Shown here one piece after another: positions 12,549 through 25,097 of a stretch of DNA of 64,000 bases (position 1 is its first letter; every line of letters starts with the position of its first letter). The DNA comes from Klebsormidium nitens (Eukaryota > Plantae > Klebsormidiophyceae): positions 186,001 through 250,000 of the forward strand of contig DF237008.1 in NCBI GenBank assembly GCA_000708835.1. Reading direction: 5' to 3'. A program made the translations under genes and the position numbers. The notes below the pieces were generated by a model that worked only from the letters and a program-made list of their open reading frames with translations, was not told the DNA's origin and did no database searches.

Positions 12549-13270
12549 TCACTCCAGGACCTGGGAGTTAGAGTCTGGGGGTTTTCGGATTGGACAATGT
12601 GGTCGTAAGTCCTTCAAACTGAAACAAAAGCAATGAAATGGCCACATGCTCAGGCGTCCGAACTGTGCTTCTTTGATGCCGCGTATCTCTTCTTTCGCTT
12701 TTTTCCCGCCTAGCTGTGCTGTTGGCCGTTGGAGTTCTGGTCTGGGCCAATGATCAATCTTACGCCTCGCATCAATAATAGGGAAGCGCGTGCTTCCCCC
12801 ACGCGCCTCGAATTCAATACCCTTCACGAATATATGAAATTTTCTGGAGGCCGGCTTTTTTTATTAATGAATTGGCAATGAAGGATTTTGCTTTGAGCCC
12901 ACTGTTTGGCCCAAATGTCGTCAGCTTTTCTATGGCTGAAGCCAAATCTTCGTAGAAAAACCAAAGCTTGGGTCATTATTACAGGCGAGGCACTCAACTT
13001 GTGCGGGCAGAACAAAAACTTCATGGAAAGATTGTGTACGTAGCGCTTTCATTGCCGAGCTTATAAACCCATATAGCCAGCTTGTGAGCCGCCTTGACAC
13101 TTGAAAGCGAACCGCTTAAGGGCAAAGGACTCTTGACATGTCTTGGAGTACAAAAATGCTCGATCCGACACGAGTAACCAGATCATCCTCGTTCCCCTTC
13201 TGCATTCTTCCGTATTGAGGTGCAGTCTCGACCTTACCACGTCGAAAAAATCCATCCTAAGGATACGTCG
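12549..13270 (-). mobile_element. Degenerate DIRS-like (YR retrotransposon) reverse transcriptase
   Basis: Ordered, frameshifted fragments: DGFF / RLHLNTEECRR (DL.DAF.H.I-like), FCPHKLSASPVIMTQAL..LRRFG....ADDIW (LPFGL..SP...YLDD-like), KGIEFE (LG...D-like) and TAQLGGK (LASL.GKL-like). Confidence 0.55.
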
Positions 13271-14229
13271 AATCTAATTGGTCTAAGGCTTTTCCACATG
13301 AAGGTAGTGGCAATGATGCTTGTTTGCTGAGGCATCTTCTCAGACCAGCTTGAACTGCTCACGTTGATGCCTGACTAGAGGATATTCTACTGAACCACTT
13401 CAATCTCGCACGCCACGCAATCGACGTTCGAGTCATCTTGTGAGTGGGTGCCGTTTCCTTCCCGTCTCCGAGAGACTTGGCAGTGTCTCGGACTGCTCTG
13501 AGCTCTCGTTGCTTACTGCCGCCTCTTTCTAATAAATCTTCATTCATTTACTACTCCGCATCGATGTCCCCAGTCGCCAGTACGAGCGCCTCTGTCTCTA
13601 ACATTACGGATGATCATCAGCTTCTCATCGGTGCAAACGTATCTTTGTCTGGTGCCAACCCTATTTAGATGAGTTTGATTGACCTCGTTTGTTGCCTCGC
13701 CCACGATATGTGCAAATCACACCAGCTCTGATTGATTTGATCTGATACTGGCTCTGACGACGAGGAACTGGGGTTTACTCCCAAAAGCCGAATTGTCCTT
13801 TCCGGTGCACAACCATCGCCGTTTACTGCTGTAAAGAGATAACACTTGGTCTTCAAAGCAGCCACAATTTCTTTGGAACCTGCTGCACATCGTTTGGATG
13901 CCCGCGACTGCCTTTCGCCGTGGCAAAAAGCGAGCTCTGTAGAGGAAATTCACTTCGATACATTCGTGGGCCTCCAATTGACTGCTGGGCTTTTGAACGC
14001 GGAGGGTCCGGGTTTGACACCTGAGCTCCCAGTCTAGCATCTGCAGTGAATCCTGGCTGACATTCTTCCTACTCTAGAGGGAATCTTACTGAGTGATAAC
14101 ACGCAATCTCCTCCCTGGGCTTGGCTAGAACTCCCATATGGCTTAGAGTAAAAGATTGGCCAGATCTATTATGAACACCAGCGGAGTCCTTGAACGCTTT
14201 GCCTAAATCGTGGTGCCTGCAATAGCCAT

Positions 14230-14571
14230 CTAAGAGCTTCGTCTCTGACCCTCAGTCAGTGCAGTCGTCGTCCGACCTGCATCCTTGCTCCACAGTGTCG
14301 TGCACGGCCGCCACAAGGCCCTCCCTTCTGCTAAAGCTTCCCACCCCGATCCGCTCGCAGAAGTGCCGTCTCTACTTCTCGAGCTCAGCCCGCTTGATTC
14401 GCCAAAACCGATCTCCTCTGCTTGGGCTATCCCTCGAGCATCGAGCGCCGAGCCGGAGCCGCTAGCATCAGTGGTGAAGGACACATGGCGGCTCCTCATT
14501 GGCCACATGGGTCCTGGAAACGGCGTCCAGATGGGCCGAGAAACGAAAGGCGGAAAGAACCGTGACATCAC
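14230..14571 (-). mobile_element. DIRS-like RNase H fragment
   Basis: RPIWTP...SFTTDASGSG matches the TDAS.G motif of DIRS RNase H. The rest is low-complexity or decayed. Confidence 0.35.
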
Positions 14572-15436
14572 TAATTAGAGCACCCATCACAGCGGAAAGA
14601 GGGAGCACGCTTTTAGGTGGGCCGATTGGATGTCATCGCAATCTATTGAGCTGATTCATGGATTGCACGGCGAGGATCTCACCTGCCGTTTGACGGGTGC
14701 CTGAATCAAGTACAACAATAGAGTATGGGCAAAAAGGGAACTGTCTTGTATCGGCATGTCACGATGGTTTTACAGCTTTCCTCGATGCCCATCTCAGGTG
14801 CGTGGCAGTTTGAATGTGGCGCTCTGACTCTCCGATTTGTCCCTTGGTCAATACCCACACTGTTTGCATCCGTGTTCCAATTGGAGGCACATGGTGGCCC
14901 AGCATATCCCGTCCAAAATTCAACTCCAACTTCAACCAGATCAAACTCGTGCTGGATTACATGTAACGAAACCGACATTCCTTGGATTTTCAAAAGCCAT
15001 AGGATTATACTCTGGGTTTTATCTCATGGGCTCGGACCCATGTCGTTGTCTTAGAAGTACATGCTCTCCGATTCTGAGGCGTTGGACCACATCACGCGTT
15101 CTTTCGGCAGAATCTTTTCACCCTTCCGAGATCTTTATCACTTGGTTATCCACTATCAATCTCTGTCATGTCTGCTCGATAAAATACAAGTCACTCTAGT
15201 AAGCTGTTGAGCCCGTTGAACTGCCTCTGCTTCTGTATGTTTATGAGGCCGTGAAGATATCAGGCAGTGGGCACGTGGCAAGGTCGCCCAGGAGGGAAGC
15301 CCTGATCAGTTGAAGCCATAAACTTATCATTGCCGTCCGCATCTTCTTTTTTCTCTGTCCTTGTAACTAGCACTCAGGTTCGAGCTTTAACCAGAGAGGC
15401 AACGTGTTTCCCATGACAAACGCCTTTTCTAATCAG

Positions 15437-16315
15437 TCAGTAAAGCTCGCAGGGGACGTTTTGTGTTGCTGTCTTATTTACAAAGCAATCTATTGGTCGT
15501 GGCCTGGTAAAACCACATATTAGACTTGGACCTATGCAAGATAAGAGCCCTCGAGTACGCGAAGTTCCGAAAAGTGAGAGACAAAATCGCATTGGCGATG
15601 AAACCCGGAGGCTGGCGGTCAACATTCGTACCCTTCTCGATCTCACTTGCTCTGAAGCCAAAGTGGTCTGACACTCATTCGCTATGAAGAGAAAGAGCTT
15701 CTGGGGCTTCCAACTTAGAGTGCACCTCCCGAGTCGTTCGTAGCAAATGACTATCGAATGTCGCCTAGGAGTGTGTCTCCTTGGAGGAAGTGATCCCGGG
15801 GCCGTGCGGTTTGCTGCTGACGAAATAAAGATTTCTTCGAGTCACATCAAGTTGAACTCTCCTGATGCCCCAGAGCGCTCCCGACTCCTTCCGCTTGCAT
15901 CCGAAATCGTCCGCGGTTCGTTTAAGTGGGTGTCCAGAATGCAGACGTGAGTGGAAGCTTTTGGTTTGACCAAGTCGTCCTATTCGACAAGGAAAAGTTG
16001 GAACAAAAGTAGGGGCTGTCGCCCAAACGCAGAGGCTGTGAGGGCACTGGATGGGGCTCACTAGAAGGGAAGATCCCAAATGTGGCCTTAGGACTCTCTT
16101 CTGATGCCTTTTCTGGTTGCTCGTTAAATTCCGCGTTCACGGCTGACTTTCTGGTCAAGTAGCAGTGAACAATGCTCTGCTGAGTGCAAGATACATCCAA
16201 TACTACTAGCCTTCTCTAAAATACAAGCCATTAGGCGCGGCGGCTGGGATCTCATAGCTGCCGCCATGAATGGTCGAACGAGTAGAGCTATTTTCTCAAG
16301 CAGTTGCCGCAGCAA
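15437..16315 (-). mobile_element. Second decayed DIRS-like element (RT thumb, RNase H, tyrosine recombinase fragments)
   Basis: In DIRS order on the minus strand: LRQLLEKIALL.RPF (thumb-like), GVGSALG...ESST (RH-like), HFGFRASEI and LILHRSKSN (G.R.SE and SK(T/S) boxes of YR). Confidence 0.4.
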
Positions 16316-17011
16316 TTGCTCGTCTCGGTACCAGAAGTTGCTGACTTACCCAATGATAGGGTTCCGGGCGCTTTCAGGGCGCTCCTCTCCGGTCCTGCGT
16401 AGGCCATAATACAGACTACCGTTGCTGCGAAAGTTCGGTGACTCACAATCAAACTCTGGTATCTTACTCCGTCATAAGACGCTGTGTGCACCTTATCTAT
16501 GCTCCGAGATGAAACCTGAGAGGTTACGCTCCCTCTCTGTGTCCGCGGGGATCTCGACGAGCAGACAGATGTTGAGAAGTGTCCATGATTCTGACAGCAA
16601 CTTCCCTTGTGCAATTTTGTAGTCGCAAGTCGTTGCCCAGACCTGACTTCCTCTTCTCAAGCCATTCGACTTCTTTCAGACTTTTTTGTGACCCGCCCAG
16701 GAAGCGAGGCATCAATTTGGGCGTGAAAGGAACAGCTGCCCAAAAATCTACCTCAAACAGTTGCTGAGGCCTGCCCGCTCGTGCTCTTGCTTTCCATCTG
16801 CCTCTGACGCTTTGCTTGTTCTATCCAGCTTGTATTCGACCTTTTTTTTAGTGGCAGGGGGAAATGAAACAGAGATACTCTAGAAACCCTCATGCTGCCA
16901 GTTTCGGAGTCGGAAAGTCAGTACTGTTCCTGCTTTGTCCTTCAGATGCTGACGAACAAGGATTCGTACCGGTAGGTGATCCAGAGGATGACGTATAACA
17001 CGTCAGCGTGA

Positions 17012-17177
17012 TTGACGTTCTTCTTGACCATCTGAGCAGTCACCACCTGCTCCAATGATAAAATCCATCAGATCACACTCATGGCCGACGTGGTCTTGAC
17101 GTCTGCTAGACCATCTGAGCAGTCACAGCTTGCTCCAGTGACAGAGTTATTCAGATTACACTCATGGGACGGTGGTG
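17012..17177. repeat. Diverged tandem duplication, period ~83-84 bp
   Basis: GACCATCTGAGCAGTCAC at 17026 and 17109; TTGACGT at 17012 and 17096; CACTCATGG in both units. Confidence 0.85.
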
Positions 17178-18404
17178 GATCGTCAATCAAAAGCGGGGGA
17201 CAGCCGCTCTAAGATTCAATATGTTATCCTCGCGTGATCTGACAATCAAGGCGCGCAGGAATTTGAATTCAAATGTAGAGGTCCCAGCGCATTCCAAAGG
17301 ACAATGACGTACAAGTGCTTGGGCTCGACTCTCCGCCCTGCCCATTCATGTGTTGCGATAGATGACGCCACGTTTGTCCCCGATTCCTGACAAAGGGTGG
17401 GCCGGAGATGATCACTGCGAAATTTTTTGAAGTGCTGACAAGCTGCAGATCAACAAAATCTTGATGGACATAGGCCGCGCCCCCAGTCTTGACCCCACGG
17501 GTTATCTGCCCGTGCTACAGCTGCTATCCGCAATCGTCCTGTCTCTGGGGTCAAAGCGCCTTGAATTCCAAAGCCTCGGCGACGCTTTGTGAATGCCGCT
17601 TACAAGTCTTGCGCACGATCAGGCACGTTACCATTCCATGCTGGACTGTTCCGTTCTCGAGAAGTTTTCTTGAAGTACTTGCTCAACGCTTCCTTTGAAG
17701 AACCTTAGAAACCCCAGTTCTCACGTCCAGACTCGCCCGCCAGCGATCGCAAAGTAAGGCGACGGGAAAGGGCAATCTCCTTGAAGCGGCGACAATGTAA
17801 CATCTATTCTCGTGCACAGAAGACAGGCGAGCATTCAGGACCGGGTAGATGGACGACCGAGTGTCAATTGATTATATACTTCCTCCGCAGCTTGACTGCT
17901 TCCTCCAAACTTTGATCATCATCGAGTCTTTTATCTCGTGTCACAGCCTTTAATACTTCTGATCTTGACTCTAGTCCAGACAATCATAATTCCACTTCCG
18001 TTTCATTCCCTACCATTGCATCGCTTTCAAGTTGGGCCCTCTATTGCTCAAGGAGCGCAACGTCGCTCAGTCAAATTTTGCTCAGCCTAATCTCAAAGTG
18101 GTGTAAAGAATTCTCGAGATCTTTCACAGCGTCTCTCTCTCCAGGTCCGTTTGTGGCCATGACGACGGCACGTCTGCGGTGTTATATCAAAGCACCTGCA
18201 GAGGTTATTTTCCGCTTTGACGTTCTGATGCTGCACGAGACGTGTCCTTGAAACAATGCAACGGACTCGATTGGCACTAGTTTGGGCACAGCTTAGCCGT
18301 TTGGATCTATGAAAAGAGAACTCCTTCCCAGGAGGCTGCCGGCCTTCCGACCGTAACTATAGCACAGTACAAGGGACATAGCATAGTGGGTGACTCATTT
18401 CGTG

Positions 18405-18452
18405 TTGTCGATAAGTTGAGGTTGAAGCTTGTCGATAAGTTGAGGTTGAAGC
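18405..18452. repeat. Perfect tandem repeat, 24 bp x2
   Basis: TTGTCGATAAGTTGAGGTTGAAGC twice. Confidence 0.95.
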
Positions 18453-18567
18453 TCCTGTTCTTGCAAGTCTTGTCCTACCAATTTTTGACTGCCCCGTGAG
18501 CACCGTTTCGCCGCCAGTGATTTCTGCCCGAACGGGGCGCCGGCCCGAAGACGAGACGTTCCGCCAG

Positions 18568-19065
18568 ACTTGCTGCGACTTGATTGAGTTCTGTTCTGGT
18601 CTCGCCGGTTTCTTTAAAGGGAAAGTAAGCCTGGCGACCAATCGTGTCACAAATCAAGGCAGGAAGTTTGTCACAAATCAAGGCAGGAAGTTTGTCACAA
18701 ATCAAGGCAGGAAGTTTGCAGCGAGATTTCGAGGTGCGGCTTGCTCTAAGTGGATTGTCGTCCGATGTCTCAATCGTAGTAGCTGGAGTCCCTCAAACAA
18801 TCTTGCTTCTCGGCAGTATTCTTGACATATTGCGGCATTACAACCTAGCTACTCAACGAAGTAATTCGCGTTTTCCAACGAGACTTTTCTAATGCAGAAA
18901 GGAGAGATCTCAGGGGCCTTCCTGTTTTTACTCGTACTGCGCCACGTGTCCTGCAGGTGACGCACGCAGCGGGCGCGTTCAAATATTTGACGGCAGACGA
19001 GATGGCGGCGGCCAACGCCGCCCTCATTGTCGGAATCTTCAGTTGCCTTGCCCTTCCTGCCGCAG
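18568..19065 (+). other. Possible orphan spliced exons (ending 18624; 18957-19065) of an unidentified gene or pseudogene
   Basis: Strong donor AAA|GTAAGC at 18625, acceptor GTCCTGCAG|18957 and donor CAG|GTGAGA at 19066. The joined frame is open (..LIEFCSGLAGFFKGK-VTHAAGAFKYLTADEMAAANAALIVGIFSCLALPAA). No start, end or family was recognised. Confidence 0.25.
18645..18718. repeat. Perfect tandem repeat, 24 bp x3
   Basis: TGTCACAAATCAAGGCAGGAAGTT three times. Confidence 0.95.
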
Positions 19066-20199
19066 GTGAGAAGTTTAAGGTTTCGCGTCGATTCAAGTTG
19101 CTAGCGTCCTCAATGTTCCATCTGCGGTCCCATTACAAGAATGTACATTTCAGCTCCAGCTAGCATCTGTTCTTCAAGCACACAGTACAGCGTTGAATTA
19201 GTTGGCAATTTCTCATTGCTGAAGAAAATCGCAGGTGGGCTGTCACTCCTCTCGATCGGCGCGAAAGCTGACGACGTTCTACCGGTCGAGAGTTGTCGTC
19301 TAGCTGGCATATAGTCTTGCCTCTTCATGAACGGCTGCACTTGAGCCGCACGCCGACTACTACGTCGCTGAGTGCAGCCTTTGAAAACCAGTCGGACATG
19401 AGTCTTTGGCAGAAACGAAGCAGCGCTTTCAGCGTTTGCAGTGCCTCGGAAGGATGCGTTTCCTGAGCGCGTAGACACGTTCGTCGTAGATACCTTCACT
19501 GCGTCAGCATCAGGAAAGGCACTGCGCTCGGATTTAAGGCGACCGTCGGACGTATCAACGTACACTCCCTGAGAAGCAACTGTTTCCTGGAACCAGTCCG
19601 GCAAACAATTCTATTCGTTCTGTGTGCTGATTGAAGTTTGTGCCATGATTCGTTCGAAGGTTCCGGTCAAAGTCGCAGTGGCACTTACGGCAATCTGGGT
19701 CCATCAGAACTGATCGGCCAAAGATTGGACATGGACCAGCCGACTCGGAGGGGTCTATATTTATGAAGGACTGGAACGATATCAAAATGCTCAGTGTTTG
19801 CGGCTTGTGCTTGCAGGGTGCATGCATGAAGTCCTCCCAGTCGGAGGGGACAAGTGACGTACTGGTTAAATTTGTTTCTTAGAGGGATCAACTATCTCTC
19901 CTATCCTTCCACCGTTCAGCGGTCGGGCTAAGTTGACGAAGCAGGAGTCCAATGATGGTAAAGTAACGGACGGGTCCTACCACCTCGCCTCAATTTGCCT
20001 CTGGCCATCGGCTGCAATAATGAAAAGCTCGGGAGATCGCTACATTGACAGGCAAGGACGACAAATGGTCGCATGTGTGTAGCTTTGAAGGGCTCTCGCG
20101 AACTTCCGATTAATATCATTAGCAGAACGTTTGTACGGCTCTTCATCATGCCAAAATCCGCTGGAACACAATTGGACTCTTTGATTCTCGAGTCATTCC

Positions 20200-20530
20200 G
20201 ACCATGGATTATATAACTCATGCCCCATGCATGTCGATCAATTGCCAATTAAGACACGCTGCCCGCGCCGCAGGCTACACTGATACAAACATGCACGTAT
20301 ACGTTTATGCACTGCGTTGGGCATCCGACATGGTACGGCCGCGGCGCGGATGCATCAAATTAGTACCGTACCCGATGGGGTAGATCTATATAAAATTAAA
20401 AATGCCCGTTCATGATATATATATCAAGTGGGCATGTTCAAAAGGAACATGCATGTGTAGCCTTACAATATCGTTCATGATCCGAGTCACATCTCCCTAT
20501 TGTACAAAAGTGTATGTCTTGCATGTCGAT
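20200..20530. repeat. CATG-rich, purine/pyrimidine-alternating island downstream of CRD1
   Basis: About a dozen CATG in ~330 bp by manual count. Confidence 0.6.
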
Positions 20531-20988
20531 TCACAGCGGCGGCAGCCCGCCAGGCTCGATCGCGCTCAAACTCGTGTGTGATCCACACACATGCAGGGCC
20601 ACACTATATACTCAGCTAACCGCTCCTCAACAACATGTGACGGTTACATTAGGCACCCATCTAGTCGGAGCCTTGCATCATTGCATTGTGCACCTTGTCT
20701 CGAGTCTCGCCGCGCGGCAGGTGCCCCATCCCCACTCAAAACAATTCTAGGGGCCAGCTTAATCAATGCTCATGATCGAGTAAGAGAGCTTCTTGGCACT
20801 CTTTGCTTAGAACAAGCGGTTGCACAAAGCTGTGCCGCGAATTCGTATCCCGTCTCTGCCGTATGCTTTTACATTATTCACATCAAAAATACGTTCCACC
20901 AGCGGCCACCAGCGCAGCTTTCGCGCCAGAAGCTGACAGCTCCTATGTGTCTTGACTTTCAACGACTCCCGCGGTTCCGAATCTACAT

Positions 20989-23900
20989 CTAGTATGTAAG
21001 CGAGGGCTCGAAAGAAGAGCCCATGTCAGTCGACCCAGCCTCAACTGGCCGCATCAAGAAGAGGCCTAGCAGCTCTGAAGCAAAACCGGCAATGACGGGG
21101 ATAAGCTTAACGTTTTGTACGAACTGGTTACCGCCGCTCCTCTTGATGGAGAGAAGCTTCTCATTCAGAATGCACAACCGGTCGAGGCCCTGCTGGAACT
21201 TGGGGTTCTCGACGTCCAACACGGCGGGGAAGATGCGGGCGGTGGTCCTGTTAGTCTGCAGAAGAGAAGAACGACCAAACTGTCAGGTCCTATTAGTCTT
21301 TGCAAAACGGGAAATTGAAACACCAATGGAGAAGAAGACTCGATCCACGTCAATTGTCGAATTGAAACCGTGTGTGCAGTCTGGCTGTCCTTAACCCAAT
21401 CTGCAGGAAGTGAATACTCTGTTTCCTTCACAAGACAAGTCCAGACTGGGATGCCCCTGTCTCAAGCACTAAGCTTTGACCTCATACTTGGCTGGGCATA
21501 GCTCCTCAATGATGCAGAAGGGAGGCAGACCCCAAGCCTCTTTAACCCAACTCTGCTTGTAGCAACTAGGAGCTTCCGACATATGCTTCCGTGCACCCCA
21601 GGCTGAACAGCCGACATGCAGAAGATAAGCGTACGGTTATGAAGCTTCCGCTTACCTCAATGATTACGTGCATGTCGAAGTCCCTAGTGTTAAGCCCAAT
21701 TGACTCGTAGAAGCCAGTCCTCTGGGTATCGTTCAGGTACATGGTGACATACACCTGTGCGCGAGCGGGTCTGATGTCAGCCTTGTCTAAAGACTATGTA
21801 AAAGAGCGGACCCTTAAGCTGTACTCTTAAATAAAAGAAATGGCTCCTGCTTGCTACCAGATCTGCCGCCCCTTCCACCATTCCCAGCTCTGCAATTGGC
21901 GCTTCTCGGGCTTCTTCTTCCACTCGAGACCTTCTTCTGCTCTCGGTCAACTTTGCATGCATTAGTGCGTCAGTGAAAAACTCCTCTGCACTAGCGGACC
22001 GTTATACTGCAGGCTACTACACTACGGGCCATTTGTCTGGGGGCCACTCGCAAGCAAGTACTGAGCACTTGCAGTGAATGCTCAGAGTGAACGTGCATTC
22101 CCTATCCTGGAATCTGTTTCAGAGCACAGATCAGAGTCCCGCAAACAATTTGGACGCTAACAGTATGGGATTCGCAAATATTGTGGGCAACAGAAGGATG
22201 GTTGCGACATGACTGGACTCACCTTCAATATGCAACAAAAGAGAAGCAGCGAATCAAAAGCACCAATCAAAAGCTGCCGTTCAAATCATCTAAGAGCAAG
22301 CCCAACCCGCCAAACTCCCAGCATAAACAGCTACAATAGACCGAATGAAGCAGGCAGCGTCGAGGGACTCACAGAGAGGCAGAAGAAGCGTGACCAGAGC
22401 TTGGCCTTCCAGTCGTTGAGGAACTGCGGGGTGGACTTGAGCAGCGCGGAGAAGAAGTCGCCGTGGCGGTTCTCGTCCTGGCACCAGTTCTCAAACTTCT
22501 TGAAGATGGGGTACAGCTGTTTGTCGGGGTTCTCCTTGAGGTGGCGGTAGATGGTGATGTAGCGCCAGTAGCCAATCTTCTCGGACAGGTACGTGGCGTA
22601 GAAGATGAACTTGGGCTTGAAGAAGGTGTACTTGCGCGTCTTGGTCAGGAACCCGAGGTCGAGCGCGAGGTTGAAGTCGGAGAGGGCCTTGTTCAGGAAG
22701 CTGCGGGAAGAGGGGGGCATGCAGGCTCAGGGGCGGGAATCTGGTATTCAAAGTCAATTGTCCAGACTCTATTCGGATTGAAAGAGGGGCCAGGAGTGTC
22801 TGTATTCCCCCTCATGAGGCCTCTCATCGGGGAGTTGCAGGGGTGCGCAAACCACTGAAGGAGCTTTCGTAGACAGAAAAACCAGCATTCTACATGAAAA
22901 TCATCCCAGCAGAAGTACAAGCGTCGAGGTTGCAACTTTTATTATTATGATTATGGCGCAACCAAACCTCGCAAACTTTGACCAAGAAAAGGCCTTGTGA
23001 CAACAAAGGGAGGAGAGTCGGTGGAAAACCCTAGCGAAACAATATGACTTGCGATCAAGCGGAGAACTCTGGGTGGCCCTGCCTGAAATTGCAATTCCTT
23101 TGTAACAGAGACGAGGAAGATTCGCAACAGCGGCCAAGTCCTCGGCAATTGAAGAAGCTTGCACAGATGCCAACTCATAGATGGGGATACTGGAAAGCAA
23201 GTTCAAAGTACCACTTTGATGCAATCCCTCCTATGCCTCTGATGCAAGCCCCCAGGTGGCAGGTTTCCAAGACCAAAACCCTAGCCCCTGACCAATCGGT
23301 TACGGCTCCTGTAAAGGCAAGCCTGACCTCGCCACGCCATCTCTAGCACCCAGTCCAAGCATTAGGCTCGAAAGCTGCCCCCATTTCTTTCTGGTTCTTG
23401 GGCAAGAACCAACCAGATATTGGCCTCTGCAGCTCTGCCTGTACCAACTTTACCGACCAACTTGATTGGACTGATCTGCTTACGGCCACATTACAACCTC
23501 GATGGTGGGTGCGCCCTAAGAAGTACCTCCCCTCTAACCCCCTTGCAAACAGAGTGGTGACCAGATTGAGCAGGTGTCCCAATCTAGTTGCACCAAACTG
23601 TTGCAGGCTTTCCTCGCAGGTTTTCACTCCTCTGTGTGGCGTTAACCACCACAGTGAAATCTCACAGCACACATGCACTAGAACTGAGCATGTCTTCATG
23701 CCAGATATCCCGAATTTAAGCAATCTCAGAACTTTCATTTCAGAATATGAGCTCGCCGACAAGGATACCGCCGCAGCATCACCAAAAACAGGATCTTTCA
23801 AACACAAAAGAACGTGATCAATCGTACCGATGCACGCAGGAACATATGGACTTCAGGAATACCGTGCAGAAGAGAAGCAGGGCTTTGAATGTAACCGAAC

Positions 23901-25097
23901 AATTGGCAAGGGAGGACAACTTACCCAGCATGTCGTGCCTCATCCCGAGACATGAGGGTGAAGATCTCAGCAATCACAGGGTTTGTCTTCTGCAAGACCA
24001 AGAGGTTGAGGAAAACGGTCAGGATCATGGCCTGTAATGCTGATCGCTAATGAGAGCTTCATGGAATTCCCACAGTTGGCCATCCTCAGCAAGACCGCAG
24101 ACCAAACATGATGTCATTGGGGTGCCGGAAAGGTGCCTTCAAAGCAACAACTACATCTCAACCCAAAAAGGTCCTTAGAGCTGGTGCAACCAAACAGTTA
24201 TCCATCCTGAAACAAGAAACATTACGATCAGAAACTTGCAATTGGGATCTAAAAGTTCTGTGCTTCCAGCATTCATCCTGGGCCAAAGATTTGCAACTTG
24301 TACCTTCGGGGTTGACAGGCAGTCGATGATAGAAACCGCATCTGAGAAAGGCCTAGGGCTGATAATGACTGACTAGACTGCCCCTTCAGACGGACAGATG
24401 ACTATATTCAAGGAGGCAGATACTTTGCTCATAGTAATGTGGCCTGACTGAAGGCAGCCTTATGTCTTCAAATGCTGTTTCAATAATAAACAGGCACCTT
24501 TAATACTGATGCAGGACCAAAACTATCTCGTGCACACACGAAAGAAGCAAAACCCACCTTGAGCCTGCGGCCCAGCTCCTTGTACAGGAGGAACCCTGAG
24601 AACTCTGCCGTGCAACTCCGCTCGAGGAACTCCACAAAAATCTTCCTCGTCGGCCCCTCCAGCTTATCCGCTGCCGCCTTGAACTCTGAGCTGCGCACAA
24701 AGTGCGTCTGGTTGTAGTCTGCCGCAAACTCCTGGAGCAGCGACACAAACTCCTCATCATTGAGGTTGGGATTGATCTCCTTGTTGAACAGCTGCTCCAT
24801 CTCATCAAAGTCCGTGGTGTAGAACCGAGGGGTCAACAGGGACTCATCAATTTCGCCCTTGGCGCCCTTCCTAGGCTTGGGGGCCTCTGCTGCTGCGGCA
24901 GCCATCATCATGACCCCATTCCGCTTGGAGGCTGCGACCCCGAAGGACGCCGGCGCAGCAAAGCTGCTTGCTGAGCTCTTCAGAGCGAGTGCCCTGGAGC
25001 AACAAGGGGCGCTCCGCCCAGTCTGAGAAGCGCTGCGCTCGACCACCTGGAAGGAGGCCAGCGACCCCGCGCGCAGGGCAACGGTTGAGGAAGCCAT
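20989..25097 (-). CDS. CRD1: Mg-protoporphyrin IX monomethyl ester oxidative cyclase (di-iron), plastid-targeted, 5 exons
   Basis: Exons 25097-24558, 23989-23925, 22700-22373, 21754-21656, 21255-20989, GT-AG and phase-compatible. Hallmarks [61 protein letters not shown]-rich transit peptide. Confidence 0.97.

Noticed and set aside
19110-19604. 164-aa minus-strand ORF with LEEQMLAGAEMYI, faintly O-fucosyltransferase-like
   Set aside because: Single weak motif; no compatible neighbouring exons were found.
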